DNA of 64,000 bases, taken from Lingula anatina. Its lineage: Eukaryota > Animalia > Brachiopoda. Under the pieces are notes generated by a model. That model did not search any database. It was not told the DNA's origin and worked only from the letters and a program-made list of their open reading frames with translations. Numbering within the stretch: the stretch's first letter is position 1; every line of letters begins with the position of its first letter. A program made the translations under genes and the position numbers. The DNA lies in the NCBI GenBank assembly GCA_051362555.1, contig CM120640.1, positions 744,001-808,000 on the forward strand, in the 5' to 3' direction. Shown here one piece after another: positions 1 to 11,900 of this stretch.

Positions 1-49
1 TGAAAATGCCAAAATGTGAAAAATTAAATTTTCACAAAAAACTGTTTAA

Positions 50-1070
50 GGTAGTAATTATTATATTTAAGTTGGTTGAGTTTTGTTTCACAAGCTCTTT
101 CTATTTTATTGTCTCTATGGAGGTATATGGGGACTTTACGACATTCGGTTTGAAGGCTTTAGCCACTTGTTATAGTTTATTGTTGCATTGTATTGGATTA
201 ATGTGGCAGTCCAAGGTTGTCCTAGGTGGTTTTCAAGTTTATGCACCGGGTTTTAATATCATTTAGCGATTTTACGACAACCGTTTACTATCCAATCAAG
301 GTGACAGCCGAGCGTGCGCAGACATATAGACGAGGCGTAAATGGGCAAAGGCACGTCCCCTAGGTGTCTAGTGGTGAAGAAGGCTGACGTCACGACTAAC
401 ATGGTGGCTGCTGTCAATGCATGGAGGGGGCTTCCGATTGAAAATGTTCAATAATAACGTTGAAAATGTATGAAAGACATAGTGACAGTTACATAGGCAG
501 TGAGTAGAGGGCTGAACCAGTGTAATTAACTAAATTTCTCAGCTTGTTAATGCAACTTAGTCATTATATAACGTTGGAATCTCTGGGGAGCACTAAAAGG
601 CTGATTTCTCCGCTTCAGTTTATGGCTTCAAGAGAACGATTTAGACCAATGACAAAATCAATTAGAACTCTCAACCGATAAAAACCGTTAGATCTAAGGT
701 TTGTCTGAAATTATATGTCTGGGATTTCATAACATCAGCTCCGTTTTCAACTTACGCGTGCTTTCGTTAGGCTAAGGGGTCTCGTTGAACTGGAAACCAG
801 GTTTATTTTGATATCTCTGCTAATTTAACACATATCGCTAATTTGAGACGCATTCTAGTTGATCCCAATGAGGGCTTACGAGTCAAGCTGTCTACACGTC
901 CATTTGTAGTGGAGCACACTTATTAAGCATAATATCTCATTACGTAACGATTACATAATAAAAATAAAGATATGAAATGAAGAGCTGTTGAAATAAGCTT
1001 TCTATTGATATGTAACATGTTGGTATATCTTGGGCGGTTTAGAAGATAGCTACCCCTGTTAATTACTAAC
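50..1070. mobile_element. Non-autonomous TIR DNA transposon inserted at TTAA (Kolobok-like)
   Basis: Interrupts the host motif aaactgtttaa|ctgc (intact at ~1444 and ~1803); imperfect TIR ggtagtaatta/taattactaac; flanks ttaa/ttta. Confidence 0.55.
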
Positions 1071-1396
1071 TTTACTGCAAGAAAAATTTACCAAACAGAC
1101 TGCATTGCCTACTGAAGCTGTATTTTAGTCCTATGTTTCTTTTCTGTAAGTTTGAGAACAGTAAGTGACATGGTTTTTCCTTAATGGTCATCATGGGAGC
1201 AGTGCCCAAAAAAGGGGTTTCTTTCTATTCTGATGCAATAATACATATTGGTTAACAGCATAATGACCATCAATTTTTAATAATAAAATATAAGTATCAT
1301 GGATATTCAGGAAATGTGACTAGCAAAGGTCTTTAGGACCATGGAACTTCAAAGTCACACCTTGAAAATGCCAATATGTGAAAAATTATATTTTCA

Positions 1397-1446
<50 letters not shown>

Positions 1447-2280
1447 GTTTAACTGCCAGAAAGAATTACCAAACAGACTGCATTGCCTACTAAAGCTGTA
1501 TTTTAGTCCCTTGTTTCTTTCCTGTAAGTTTGAATACAGTAAGGGACATGGTTTTCTTTAAATGGTCATCATGGGAGCAGTGCCCAAAATAGGGGGTTCT
1601 TCGAATTTTGATGTATCATAACATAATGTTTAACGGCATAATGACCATCGATTTTTAATAATAATAAAATATTAGTGTCATGGATATTCACAAAATGTAA
1701 CTAGCAAAAGTCTTCAGGCCCATAGAACTTCAAAGTCACACCTTGAAAATGCCAATATGTGAAAAATTAAATTTTCACAAAAAAAAAAAAAAAAAAAAAA
1801 AAACTGTTTAACTGCCAGAAAGAATTACCAAACAGACTACATTATCTACTGAAAATGTGACTAGCAAAAGTCTTCAGGCCTGTTCTGAAATGTTTTTTTT
1901 TCATTTTTAACAATTTTTAACATAGAACAAAATTAACAGTTTATTGCCATTTTTATATCATCAACTAAGAAAATTGATGAGATGGGAAAATATCAATAGA
2001 ACTGTGTTAAATATCCTATTTTCCTCCATACTGAGATTCTGAACATAGTGAATGATTGAATCTGACAAACTGCAATGATATGAGTTTATTTCCATTTTTG
2101 AAACTCTATTACACAATACACGATAACAAGTTTACCATCATTTTTTTTACATAATCAACTAACAATGTTGTAAAGATGCAGGAAATGTCAAACAAACACT
2201 TTTTTATGTCTTATTAGTTAAATAATGAGACTGTTAACTTGTTTAAGAATTGAATCTGAGGAAATGTGACAAAACAGCAT
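1071..2280 (-). repeat. Inverted copy of HINE-like family B body with ~380-bp internal tandem duplication and poly-A tracts
   Basis: Reverse complement of sequence at ~27700-28140, ~30060-30480 and ~42940-43620; block 1085-1450 repeated at 1465-1810. Confidence 0.7.
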
Positions 2281-5200
2281 TCATCATTATCATCATCATC
2301 ATCATCATCATTTAGAGCCTATAGTGTTCCACTGTTGGACAAAGGCCTCAGCATGCTTTTTCCATTGTTTCCTATCCTGAGCCTCAGATTTCCAGTTTGG
2401 CCAAGGTTTCTTCTTCCAAGACTTCCAGTAGTCATCTAATTCATCCCTCCATCGTTTCACCGGCCTTCCTCTTTTTCTTTGTCCATACCTTGGGGTCCAT
2501 TCTGTAAGCCTGATTGTCCACCTATTTTCCTTCATTCTTTTGACATGTCCTGCCCACCTTCATTTCATTTCTTTAACTGTGAGCAGTACGTCCTTAACTT
2601 TGGTCTGTTCATGTAACCATACACTCGTTTTCCGCTCTCTTGGACTGATGTTCAACATAATCCTTTCCATCTTTCTCTGAGCTACTTGTGTAGCTTGTGT
2701 TCCATGGAGGCATTCAGTGCCCAGGTCTCTGAACCATAGGTGATTGCCGGCAGAACACTTTCTTTTTCAGGCAGGTAGGAAGTTTGCTCTTGAAGATGTC
2801 ATTGTGCTTCCCATATGCTGCCCATCCTGCTTTTATCCTTCGTTGGATTTCTTTCTCCAGTGTTCGATCACTAAGGTTGAACTGTTGCCCAAGGTATATA
2901 TACTCTTCTACTGCTTCTATCTCTTTGGTGTTGACCTTCACTGTGCAAGGGGTGGTTAGTGGTCCAAACATCACCTTTGTTTTGCTGGTGTTCATCTTTA
3001 GCCCACTTTTTGCGCTTTCATCTGCTAATGCCTGTAGCATTTCTTCGAGGTCTTTTGCATCATCTGCTACTATTATGATGTCGTCTGCAAACCTAAGGTG
3101 ATTGAGCCTGGTATCGTCTATGTTTATGCCCTTGTCCTGCCAGTCTATATCCCTGAATATATGTTCCAATGCTGCTGTGAACAGTTTAGGAGAGATTGTA
3201 TCTCCTTGGCGTACACCTTTCTTGATCCTGATCTTATTGGTGGTCTTGTGTAGTTTGACTGTTACAGAGCTATCGATGTATGTCTCTGAGGACGTCTACG
3301 TATCCATCTTCGATCCCTAGATCTTGCAGGGATGCCAGTATATACTGGGTTTCTACTGAGTCGAAGGCTTTTTCATTGTCAACGAATGCTACACATAGTG
3401 GAATGTTATACTTGAGACATTTCTCTTTGAGCTGGTTGACAGTGTGCATATGATCAGTAGTGGTGTACTGGCCTCTGAAACCTGCTTGTTCCTTTGGCTG
3501 CGCTTTATCTAGTTTTCTTGTTAGCCTTTCAGTCAATATTTTGGTGTAAATCTTGTACAAATTAGAAAGTAAGCAGATGGGTCTGTAATTCTTGATGTCT
3601 TTCCTATTGCCCTTTTTGAACATTATGATCATGTTGGCGTTCTTCCATGGTACAGGAAATTCCTTCAGATATAAGCACTTTGTGAAGAGCCTGGCTAATT
3701 CCTGAGATAGGATATCTCCTCCTGCTTTTACCATTACTGCTTTGTTGTCGTCATTTCCTGTTGCCTTCCCGTTCTTCGTTTTCTGGACTGCTGACTCTAC
3801 TTCCCAAGCTGTTATGTCTGGTAGATCGCATGCTTTTGTTGAGATTTCTATTCCCTTGTTGCTGTCATACAACTCTCCATAGAATTCTTCTATTCGTTCT
3901 AATATCTGGTCTTGTGTGGTGAGCTCATTTTCATCTTTGTCTAGAAGAGTCAGCATTCTATCCCGCCCTAGTTGAAAGGATCTCTTTGCTCTTTTCATGC
4001 TCTTTCCATTTTCGATGGTCTCTGCTATCTTCTTCATGTTCTGCTTCCTGATGTCTTCCCTTGCCTTCTTCTTGATGGTCTTATCCAGTTCTGCATATTC
4101 GATGTTGTTTCTGATGTCCCTGTTGTTGTTTACCTCCATTTTCTTCATCATTCATCTTTTCTTCATGAGAATCCTCGTTTCTGTTGAGAGCTTTGAGTCC
4201 TTCATTTTACTGGCCGGTGCGACTTCTGATGCACATTCTAGGATGGTGGTCGTTATTCTATCGTTCATTTCATCTACTCCATCTTCACCTTCTAGCTCTA
4301 GTGCACTGAATCTGTTCCTTAGGAGGATTTGGAACTCGTCTTTCTTTATGACCAGTTGCTCGATACTAGGTCTCTTTGATGGATTTGACAGGCATTTCTG
4401 TCTGTCCTTCCTGACATTGATCCTAATCACTCCCATAACTGCTCTGTGGTCACTGCCCGCATCCAGTCTGTTTAGCACTTTCACATCCGTGAAAATGTTC
4501 GGTCTGTTTGTCAAGATGTAATCAATTTCGTTTCTTGTACATCCATCTGGGCTTTGCCATGTCCATCTTCTTGATATCTTCTTCTTGTAGACGGTATTCA
4601 TGATCTTCAACTTATTTGCTGTCGCCCAATCAATAAGTAAGTCTCCTCTTTCATTCCTCTCTCCGCTGCCAAATTTCCCTGTGGCACGCTCTTGTTTGTC
4701 TGACTTTATCCCGATCTTGGCGTTGAAATCACCCATGACTATGTGGTAGTAGCAGTCTGTTGTCAACTGACGTTGTACTTCTTCATACAGTTGTTCTACT
4801 TCTTCATCTGATCTGCTTGATGTTGGTGCATATACCTGAATGAGTTTCATTGAGAATCTCTGATTCACTTTGAGCTTGACTGTAGCCACCCTTGCGCTAA
4901 TTTGCTTTACCTCGATGATGTTCTTGCTTAGCGCCTTGTTTATCAGAAATCCAACTCCTTGTTTGTGTTTGTTGGTCGTTTCCTACTACTTGTTGGCCAT
5001 TTGAAGCATTTGTATGGTACAATATATGTCCGCTATTCAAGGTAATTAAGCGTTCTTCCGCTCGCCTAACTTCTGACAAGCCTATCACATGCCATTTAAC
5101 TCCCGTGTCCTGGAGTTCAGTTTCCAATTCTGCAAGTCTTTCATTGTTCTTCAGAGTTCTAATGTTGTTAGTAATGATGTTGAAATTTTTCACTGGTCTT

Positions 5201-5714
5201 CATGTTCAGTGATCCTTACTGACCCAGAGATTCTCAGCACCTCCTGCACTCTGCTGGACTGAACCAGAATCACCTCCTAAGTTCAGGGCGTTTGTGCGGC
5301 TGGGAACTGGAGGCCGTGTGTTTGTTGGTCGTTTCATGCTGGATTTTAGGCCTACTCATCCCACGCTGGCCATTGCGGGTTGGGAGAGGGTGTTGAAGTT
5401 GGCAAAACCATTCCTAGGCAAACTTGTGTGAACACACTAAAGAGCTTTGCCTGCCCTATGTTTGTATACGCTTTTCCTCCGCTAGCCTTATGATCCGGCT
5501 GGATTTTTGCTACTAAGGCAGTAGGTTTTTTTGTGTAGAGTTATCCTAACTCCTAGTCAGGTTGCTATTCAAAGCTTACGGGTCCTGACCCCCCGCATGA
5601 TACAGGTAGTACTGGTTTTACATGTTTACCAGAATGATAAGTCCCGGCTACAGGATTTGAACCCGGGACCCCTCACACCCGAATTAAGCATGCTCACCAC
5701 TAGGATATCACACC
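2281..5714 (-). mobile_element. Near full-length RTE-clade LINE (APE endonuclease + RT), disrupted by stops/frameshifts
   Basis: EN motifs GLSE, QVYAPT, GDFNAK, IDYI, SDH; RT motifs NYRPI, QAGFR, RQGD, LRFADD, YLG; C-terminal RKRGRP..RW; (TGA)n tail at 2281-2310. Confidence 0.93.
5642..5714 (-). other. tRNA(Pro)-like head with Pol III A/B boxes at the 5' end of the RTE
   Basis: Minus strand reads ggtgtgatatcctagtggtgagcatgcttaattcgggtgtgaggggtcccgggttcaaatcc; anticodon and T-arm resemble eukaryotic tRNA-Pro(CGG); acceptor stem does not pair. Confidence 0.7.
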
Positions 5715-7165
5715 GAAGTAGAGTCAGCAGTCCAGAAAATGAAGAACTGGAAGGCAGCAGGAAATGACAACATCAAAGCAGAAATGGTAAAAGCAGGAGG
5801 AGATATCCTGTAGCATGGAAGAACGCCAACATGATCATAATGTTCAAAAAGGGCAATAGGAAAGACATCAAGAATTACAGACCCATCTGCCAACTTTCTA
5901 ATTTGTACAAGATTTACAGCAAAATATTGACTGAAAGGCTAACAAGACAACTAGATGAAGCGCAGCCAAAGGAACAAGCAGGTTTCAGAGGCCAGTACAC
6001 CACTACTGATCATATGCACACTGTCAACCAGCTCAAAGAGAAATGTCTCGGGTATAACATTCCACTATGTGTAGCATTCGTTGATTATGAAAAAGCCTTC
6101 ACCTCAGTAGAAACCCAGTATATACTGGCATCCCTGCAAGATATAGGGATCGAAGATGGATACGTAGACGTCCTCAGAGACATATACACCGATAGCCCTG
6201 TAACAGTCAAACTACATAAGACCACCAATAAGATCAGGATCAAGAAAATTGTACGCCAAGGAGATACAATCTCTCCTAAACTGTTCACAGAAGCATTGGA
6301 ACGTATATTCAGGGATCTAGACTGGCAGGACAAGGGCATAAACATAGACGGTACCAGGCTCAATCACCTTAGGTTTGCAGACGACATCATAATAGTAGCA
6401 GATGATGCAAAAGACCTCGAAGAAATGCTACAGGCGTTAGCAGATGAAAGCGCAAAAGATGAACACCAGCAAGACAAAGGTGATGTTTGGACCACTAACC
6501 ACCCCTTGCACAGTGAAGGTCAACACCAAAGAGATAGAAGCAGTAGAAGAGTATAAATACCTTGGGCAACAGTTCAGCCTTACTGATCGAACACTGGAGA
6601 AAGAAATCAAACGAAGGATAAAAGCAGGATGGGCAGCATATGGGAAGCACAATGACATCTTCAAGAGCAACCTTCCTACCTGCCTGAAAAAGAAAGTGTT
6701 CAATGCTTGTGTGCTACCGGAAATCACCTATGGTTCAGAGACCTGGGCACTGAATGCCTCCATGGAACACAAGCTACAAGTAGCTCAGAGAAAGATGGAA
6801 AGGATTATGTTGAACATCAGTCCAAGAGAGCGGAAAACGAATGTATGGTTACATGAACAGACCAAAGTTAAGGACATACTGCTCACAGTTAAAGAAATGA
6901 AATGGAGGTGGGCAGGACATGTCAAAAGAATGAAGGACAATAGGTGGACATTCAGGCTTACAGAATGGACCCCAAGGTATGGACAAAGAAAAAGAGGAAG
7001 GCCGGTGAAACGATGGAGGGATGAATTAGATGACTACTGGAAGTCTTGGAAGAAGAAACCTTGGCCAAACTGGAAATCTGAGGCTTAGGATAGGAAACAA
7101 TGGAAAAAGCATACAGTGGAACACTATAGGCTCTAAATGATGATGATGATGATGAAATGATGATG
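5715..7165 (+). mobile_element. 5'-truncated RTE LINE, same family as 2281-5714
   Basis: RT ORFs 5831-6556 and 6444-7088 nearly identical to the minus copy; (TGA)n tail 7138-7165. Confidence 0.93.
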
Positions 7166-7822
7166 TCACTTACTGTTCTCAAACTTACAGGAAAAAAACA
7201 TGGGACTAAAATACAGCTTCAGTAGGCAATGCAGTCTGTTTGGTAATTCTTTCTGCAAGGTGTGACTTTGAAGTTCCACGTGCCTGAAGACCCATGCTAG
7301 TCACATTTTCTGAAATTCCACGATACGTATATTTTAATATAAAAAAATGACGGCCATTATGCTGTTAACCATTATGTAATATTGCATCGGAATAGAAGAA
7401 AACACAAATTTTGGTGCTGCTGCTATGATTACCATTATGGAAAAACCATGTTACTTATGATTGCTAAAAGTTCAAAAAAGAAATACAGGACTAAAATGCA
7501 GCCTGAGTTGGAAAAGCAGTCTAATTGGCTTCTTTTTCTGGAAGTTATACATTTTCAAAGTGTGAACTTGAACTGCCATGGGCCTGAAGCCTTATGCTTG
7601 TTACACATTTTACTTACATTGGTATTACCTGTTGAGCATAATTAAAATTTGATGTTGAATTTGCAGTTTAACATAATGTACATTTGCATCAGAATTGACA
7701 GTAGCCTATTTTGTGTATAGTTATTTCCTGCTTTTTATCTGTTCATTTGACAGCTTTGCTGCCTTGTTGTTATTTTCTGCTTTTGACAGCTGTACATTTG
7801 ACAGCTTTGCTGTCTTGTTTTG
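7166..7822 (+). repeat. Fragment of HINE-like family B body
   Basis: Reverse complement of 1085-1370; also matches ~30470-30630 and ~47420-47595. Confidence 0.65.
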
Positions 7823-8060
7823 ATCATGTGACTCGAATTTCGACCAAGCATAATGTATCAAACCTTTCCATCCATGTTTTCTAATGATGTGTTTTTTGTA
7901 TACCCTAAATAGAGTTGAGTATTTCTGTTCCTTGTTCCTCACCTGTTTGTCCGTGGCCGGATTCGTTCACATTTTCTATTGCCTCAATAAGTTTGCACTT
8001 TGCCCCTTTGCTATATGCCCATGTTGATAATAAATGCGTTTCTTATTTTAATTTGTAAAG

Positions 8061-8280
8061 GAAATCAAAGAAGAGATAGAACGAGAAAGTCGACAGGAAC
8101 ATCACAAGGAATTCGATTCCTTTATCTTGTTTCTATTAAGCCATGGTACCAAAGGTGCTGTTTACGGAACTGATGGCTATCCATTGAACTACGACACAAT
8201 CAAAGCTATTTTGAATAACCAGAACTGCCCTGGCCTAAGGGGTAAACCGAAGTTGATTTTTATTCAGGCTTGCCAGGGAA
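8061..8280 (+). CDS. Caspase exon, p20 catalytic region
   Basis: ag|EIKEEIERESRQEHHKEFDSFILFLLSHGTKGAVYGTDGYPLNYDTIKAILNNQNCPGLRGKPKLIFIQACQG|gtaagt; catalytic His (SHG) and Cys (QACQG); phase 0 to 1. Confidence 0.95.
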
Positions 8281-8771
8281 GTAAGTAACCGTATGAGTAA
8301 CACGTGTTTGAATGTCTGTGTTGTAAATAATAGATGGAGTAGATTAAGACCTTTGCAGGGGGCTGTTAAATCCAAATAAAATAAAGCAAGATTTTCGTTT
8401 TAATTCAAAAAAGTACTGGATATGAATGAAACAAGTCCATAGAGCTTGAACATGGGTACAATCTCAAAAATATGTAATAAAGTTTCTTTTGGGTCACTAC
8501 AAAAAGTTCATTGTGCATGTTTTATCATGATATATTTAAAGAGCATAAATAAATTCCATATAAACTTGTGAATTGCAATTTCAGTAGTTTATGATATTTG
8601 TTTCTCGAAAAAGAAAAGCATGAACTGATTCCCGTTTCTCAATTCGAAAATCAGTGTTCAGTTTGTCCCTCCATTTGTCAAGAGTGTTTTAACACTTTAT
8701 TAAAATAAAGATATCAACCCTGTGTCACCCTCTTAAAAAACAATGGCGCTTTTTCATCTGTATTTACCCAG

Positions 8772-8936
8772 AGAAAAAGGACAGTGGGGCAGTCCTAGGC
8801 GAGCAAGCAGTTCAACAACCGCAACAAGCACCACCTACAACTAACCCTGGCGATGATGTACCGGATGCGCCAGGTGACAATACGCAGCCTGATCCGACTA
8901 TGGCCGATATTCTCTTGGTCCAGGCGACAGCACCAG
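8772..8936 (+). CDS. Caspase exon, intersubunit linker and start of p10
   Basis: cag|KKKDSGAVLGEQAVQQPQQAPPTTNPGDDVPDAPGDNTQPDPTMADILLVQATAP|gt; phase 1 to 1, in frame with the previous exon. Confidence 0.92.
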
Positions 8937-11900
8937 GTACTTTGCGTAATTTTTAATATATTTTTCCCATTGGAGGATGACGCAGTAGGTAGAAATGGAC
9001 GCCAGAGTTTTTTATGTGTGGATTGACGTGTGGATTATTCGTTTGTTTATATGTTTGTTTTTTTGTTTTTTGTTTTTGTTTGTTTGTAAATTAACAAATA
9101 TCGCCATTCATAATTGTTTAATCGGCAGCATGCTAGCTGACCACTCTTTGTCCAACCAAAAGCTATTGTAAAATTAAAAGGTAGTAAGAAATCCAAAATA
9201 CAAGTAGGCTTTATTGTTGACACACTCAATTGTCCTAGTAGCCCAATAAAACAAAAGATATACAGTTTTCATTGTCGACGCAAGCCATTGTAAGTTACTC
9301 AGGAAGCCAAATATGCCCAAAATTTACTTGTATGGGATGACCGTGTGCGCGCTTTTGTTTTGGTGTGTAAACCATTTGAATCGGCTTTTTGCCTCCAAGG
9401 GCACTTGAGGGCTTAAATATAGGCTGTGTCCACTGCGTGCCTTAGCTTGTATACCCACTTAATAAAACAGTCCAATAATGCAATAAAGAGGAGGGGGTCT
9501 TACTATACCTGTAGCTCGCTATCTATTGTTAAACGTGACTGTTATTATCTCTCGAACAAGCTTAAACCATGCCTATACAATTACTGTCTCCGGCTGCCGT
9601 TCAGAAACGCCATGTCGAACATATTTTGCTACAGTGATGAACATGGTACACTAGCGACTTGTTTTAGATCACTCAAGAAAAAATGCATACGTGCGACACC
9701 ACAGGAAAAACAATCAAGTATGCATCTGATCCATTAATAGTAATTGCACAGTGCATGTTACTAGACCTTTGTCCTAACTCAGTAGTTAGGAATAGGATGT
9801 TTGGATAAAAAGCTTCTATTCAACTCGCTTAGACCTAGGGCGAGATGCTACTATCATCCGATGAAACACGTAACTGAACCCTCTACCTGAACCTGAAGTC
9901 CCTTTAGCTGAAACAAAAACTGCCCCTTGAACCTGTCCATTTTTTATCGTCAAATGATTTGTGATTTCATTGAACGTCTTTGATCGAAAGCTTTCAAGTG
10001 ACAATAACCGAACCTTGTGTTGATTATTTATTAAAGCGTAATTAAGTTTATTCATCATGATCTATTTTGTAAACAATACTTGCCAAGATTGTGCTTGGAT
10101 TGATCATCGTCACTATTTAGCTACTCGCCTATAATGCGTGCTGAACGACAGACAACTTAAAAATATTATCTGTGTAACTGTGCAAATGAACGCATGTAGT
10201 TAAAAATAACGAAGCTGGCATTTAATCCATCGAACACATTTATATTTGTCCTTTTAAAACCAGTGTAAGGTTAACGCCAAATCAAAGCAAGCCTTGCTGA
10301 CTGGTTTTGTTTAAACTGTGGTATATTAAGTAAAGCTAAGTAAAGCCTGTTTTTACTTCGCAGTGTTCATCCCAGCCATAAAACTGCATGAAGGATAACA
10401 AGACTCCGTAGCCCTGTGCTTCAGGTTTCCAGGAGTCCCGTATAACACAATAATATCGAAGAGTATGGTCTGAGAGTAATACATATATGAAGCCGTGTAT
10501 GAAAGATTTTACAAATTAGAAATTCAAGAATTTAAACATGCTAAGTACATGCACATCACTTAAGTCATTTCACAAAAATCGCATCTAATTGTTTAGATTA
10601 ACCTTTACTTTTATCGATCTAATCACGTTGTCTCAACCAACTAAAAGAAATATAGTGAACATAAGGAAAAGTAACACGTTTACATGCAGGCGAAGGAGTT
10701 ATACTTCAATATTAATCGCGAACAATATCAACAGCGACTCAAGACCGTTGCCTGTCTTTCACACTTTTACACAAACACACGAAGGTTTAATAAAGGGAGT
10801 CGCGGCGCGATATCTATCTCTTTCATTCGAACAAGCAAAGGGCTGACCCGAAGTAAGCTTTCATAACTAATGCCCTTTTTATTGTATATTGTAATTACTC
10901 TACTTGCTCGCCTCCATTGTCTTGTAAAAGTGACATAAAATGTGTTATATTCTCACACGAGTTGAAAGAACTTTGCATAACTCCTTTGCCTTGTTGCATA
11001 ATGTCTTTCTCAAGGTTATAATCAGTGTGAAGAGGGTGCCTTGCCTCATTTAAAAAGGGTGTTGTTCTTCACACTGGTTGTTGCTTAACTTATGCCAATC
11101 TATTATGTACCAATATATGGTTATAATAAATCGCCATGATTATGACATTAATGAACATTGTGTATCAAACGTTTTGATACGATTTAAATAAATGGACGAG
11201 GAGTATTACGGTATTAGGTAAACTTCGCCCTGCTATATAAATTAACAAATGTTGCAGATTGTAACAAAAAAACAAAAAAACTTTCTTATAGTGTTTTATG
11301 ACATATATGATTTACACATTTGATAGTGAAACACTGCTCGACTTTAACGAATCACCTGACGTAAACTGTCTACCCACGCTCGCCGAAAAAAACTGTTTCT
11401 TTTAATTTTGAAATGAATTGCTTTTAAGGCAAAGAAGTCCATTAAACCTTTTAAGACTCATTGTCATTGTACAGCATGTTGTCATCTATATTTAAAAAAG
11501 TTTTTTTTGTACTCCGCTTTCATGGGGGATACCTTAGGTTGAGGTTATAATTACGTCGCTCGCCTATGCTACTGGAATATATATTTAAAGACAAATTAAG
11601 CTTTGTAAAGTCCCTATTGTCACACACCATAGATACCTAATTTTGTCTTGAATGAAAAAATAGCCTCAAATTATCGTTTTGTGCTTAAACCTTTCATTAC
11701 TTGAACCAAGATCTGTACTATAGCTACCAAGACGTACATTCATCAAGTTGGGTCTGCTGGGGGAGGGGAGCATTTAAATGATAAACGAGGAAGTCTACCT
11801 GCAAAAGCAGCAGCAGTGGTTTAAATAATCGCTATCTAGACTCCTTTTTCTTTGACAGCAACATAAAAGTGTTTAGGGAGAAAGTCACACAAAGACCCGA

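Noticed and set aside
5642-5714. Functional tRNA-Pro gene
   Set aside because: Acceptor and D stems are degenerate; treated as a tRNA-derived head
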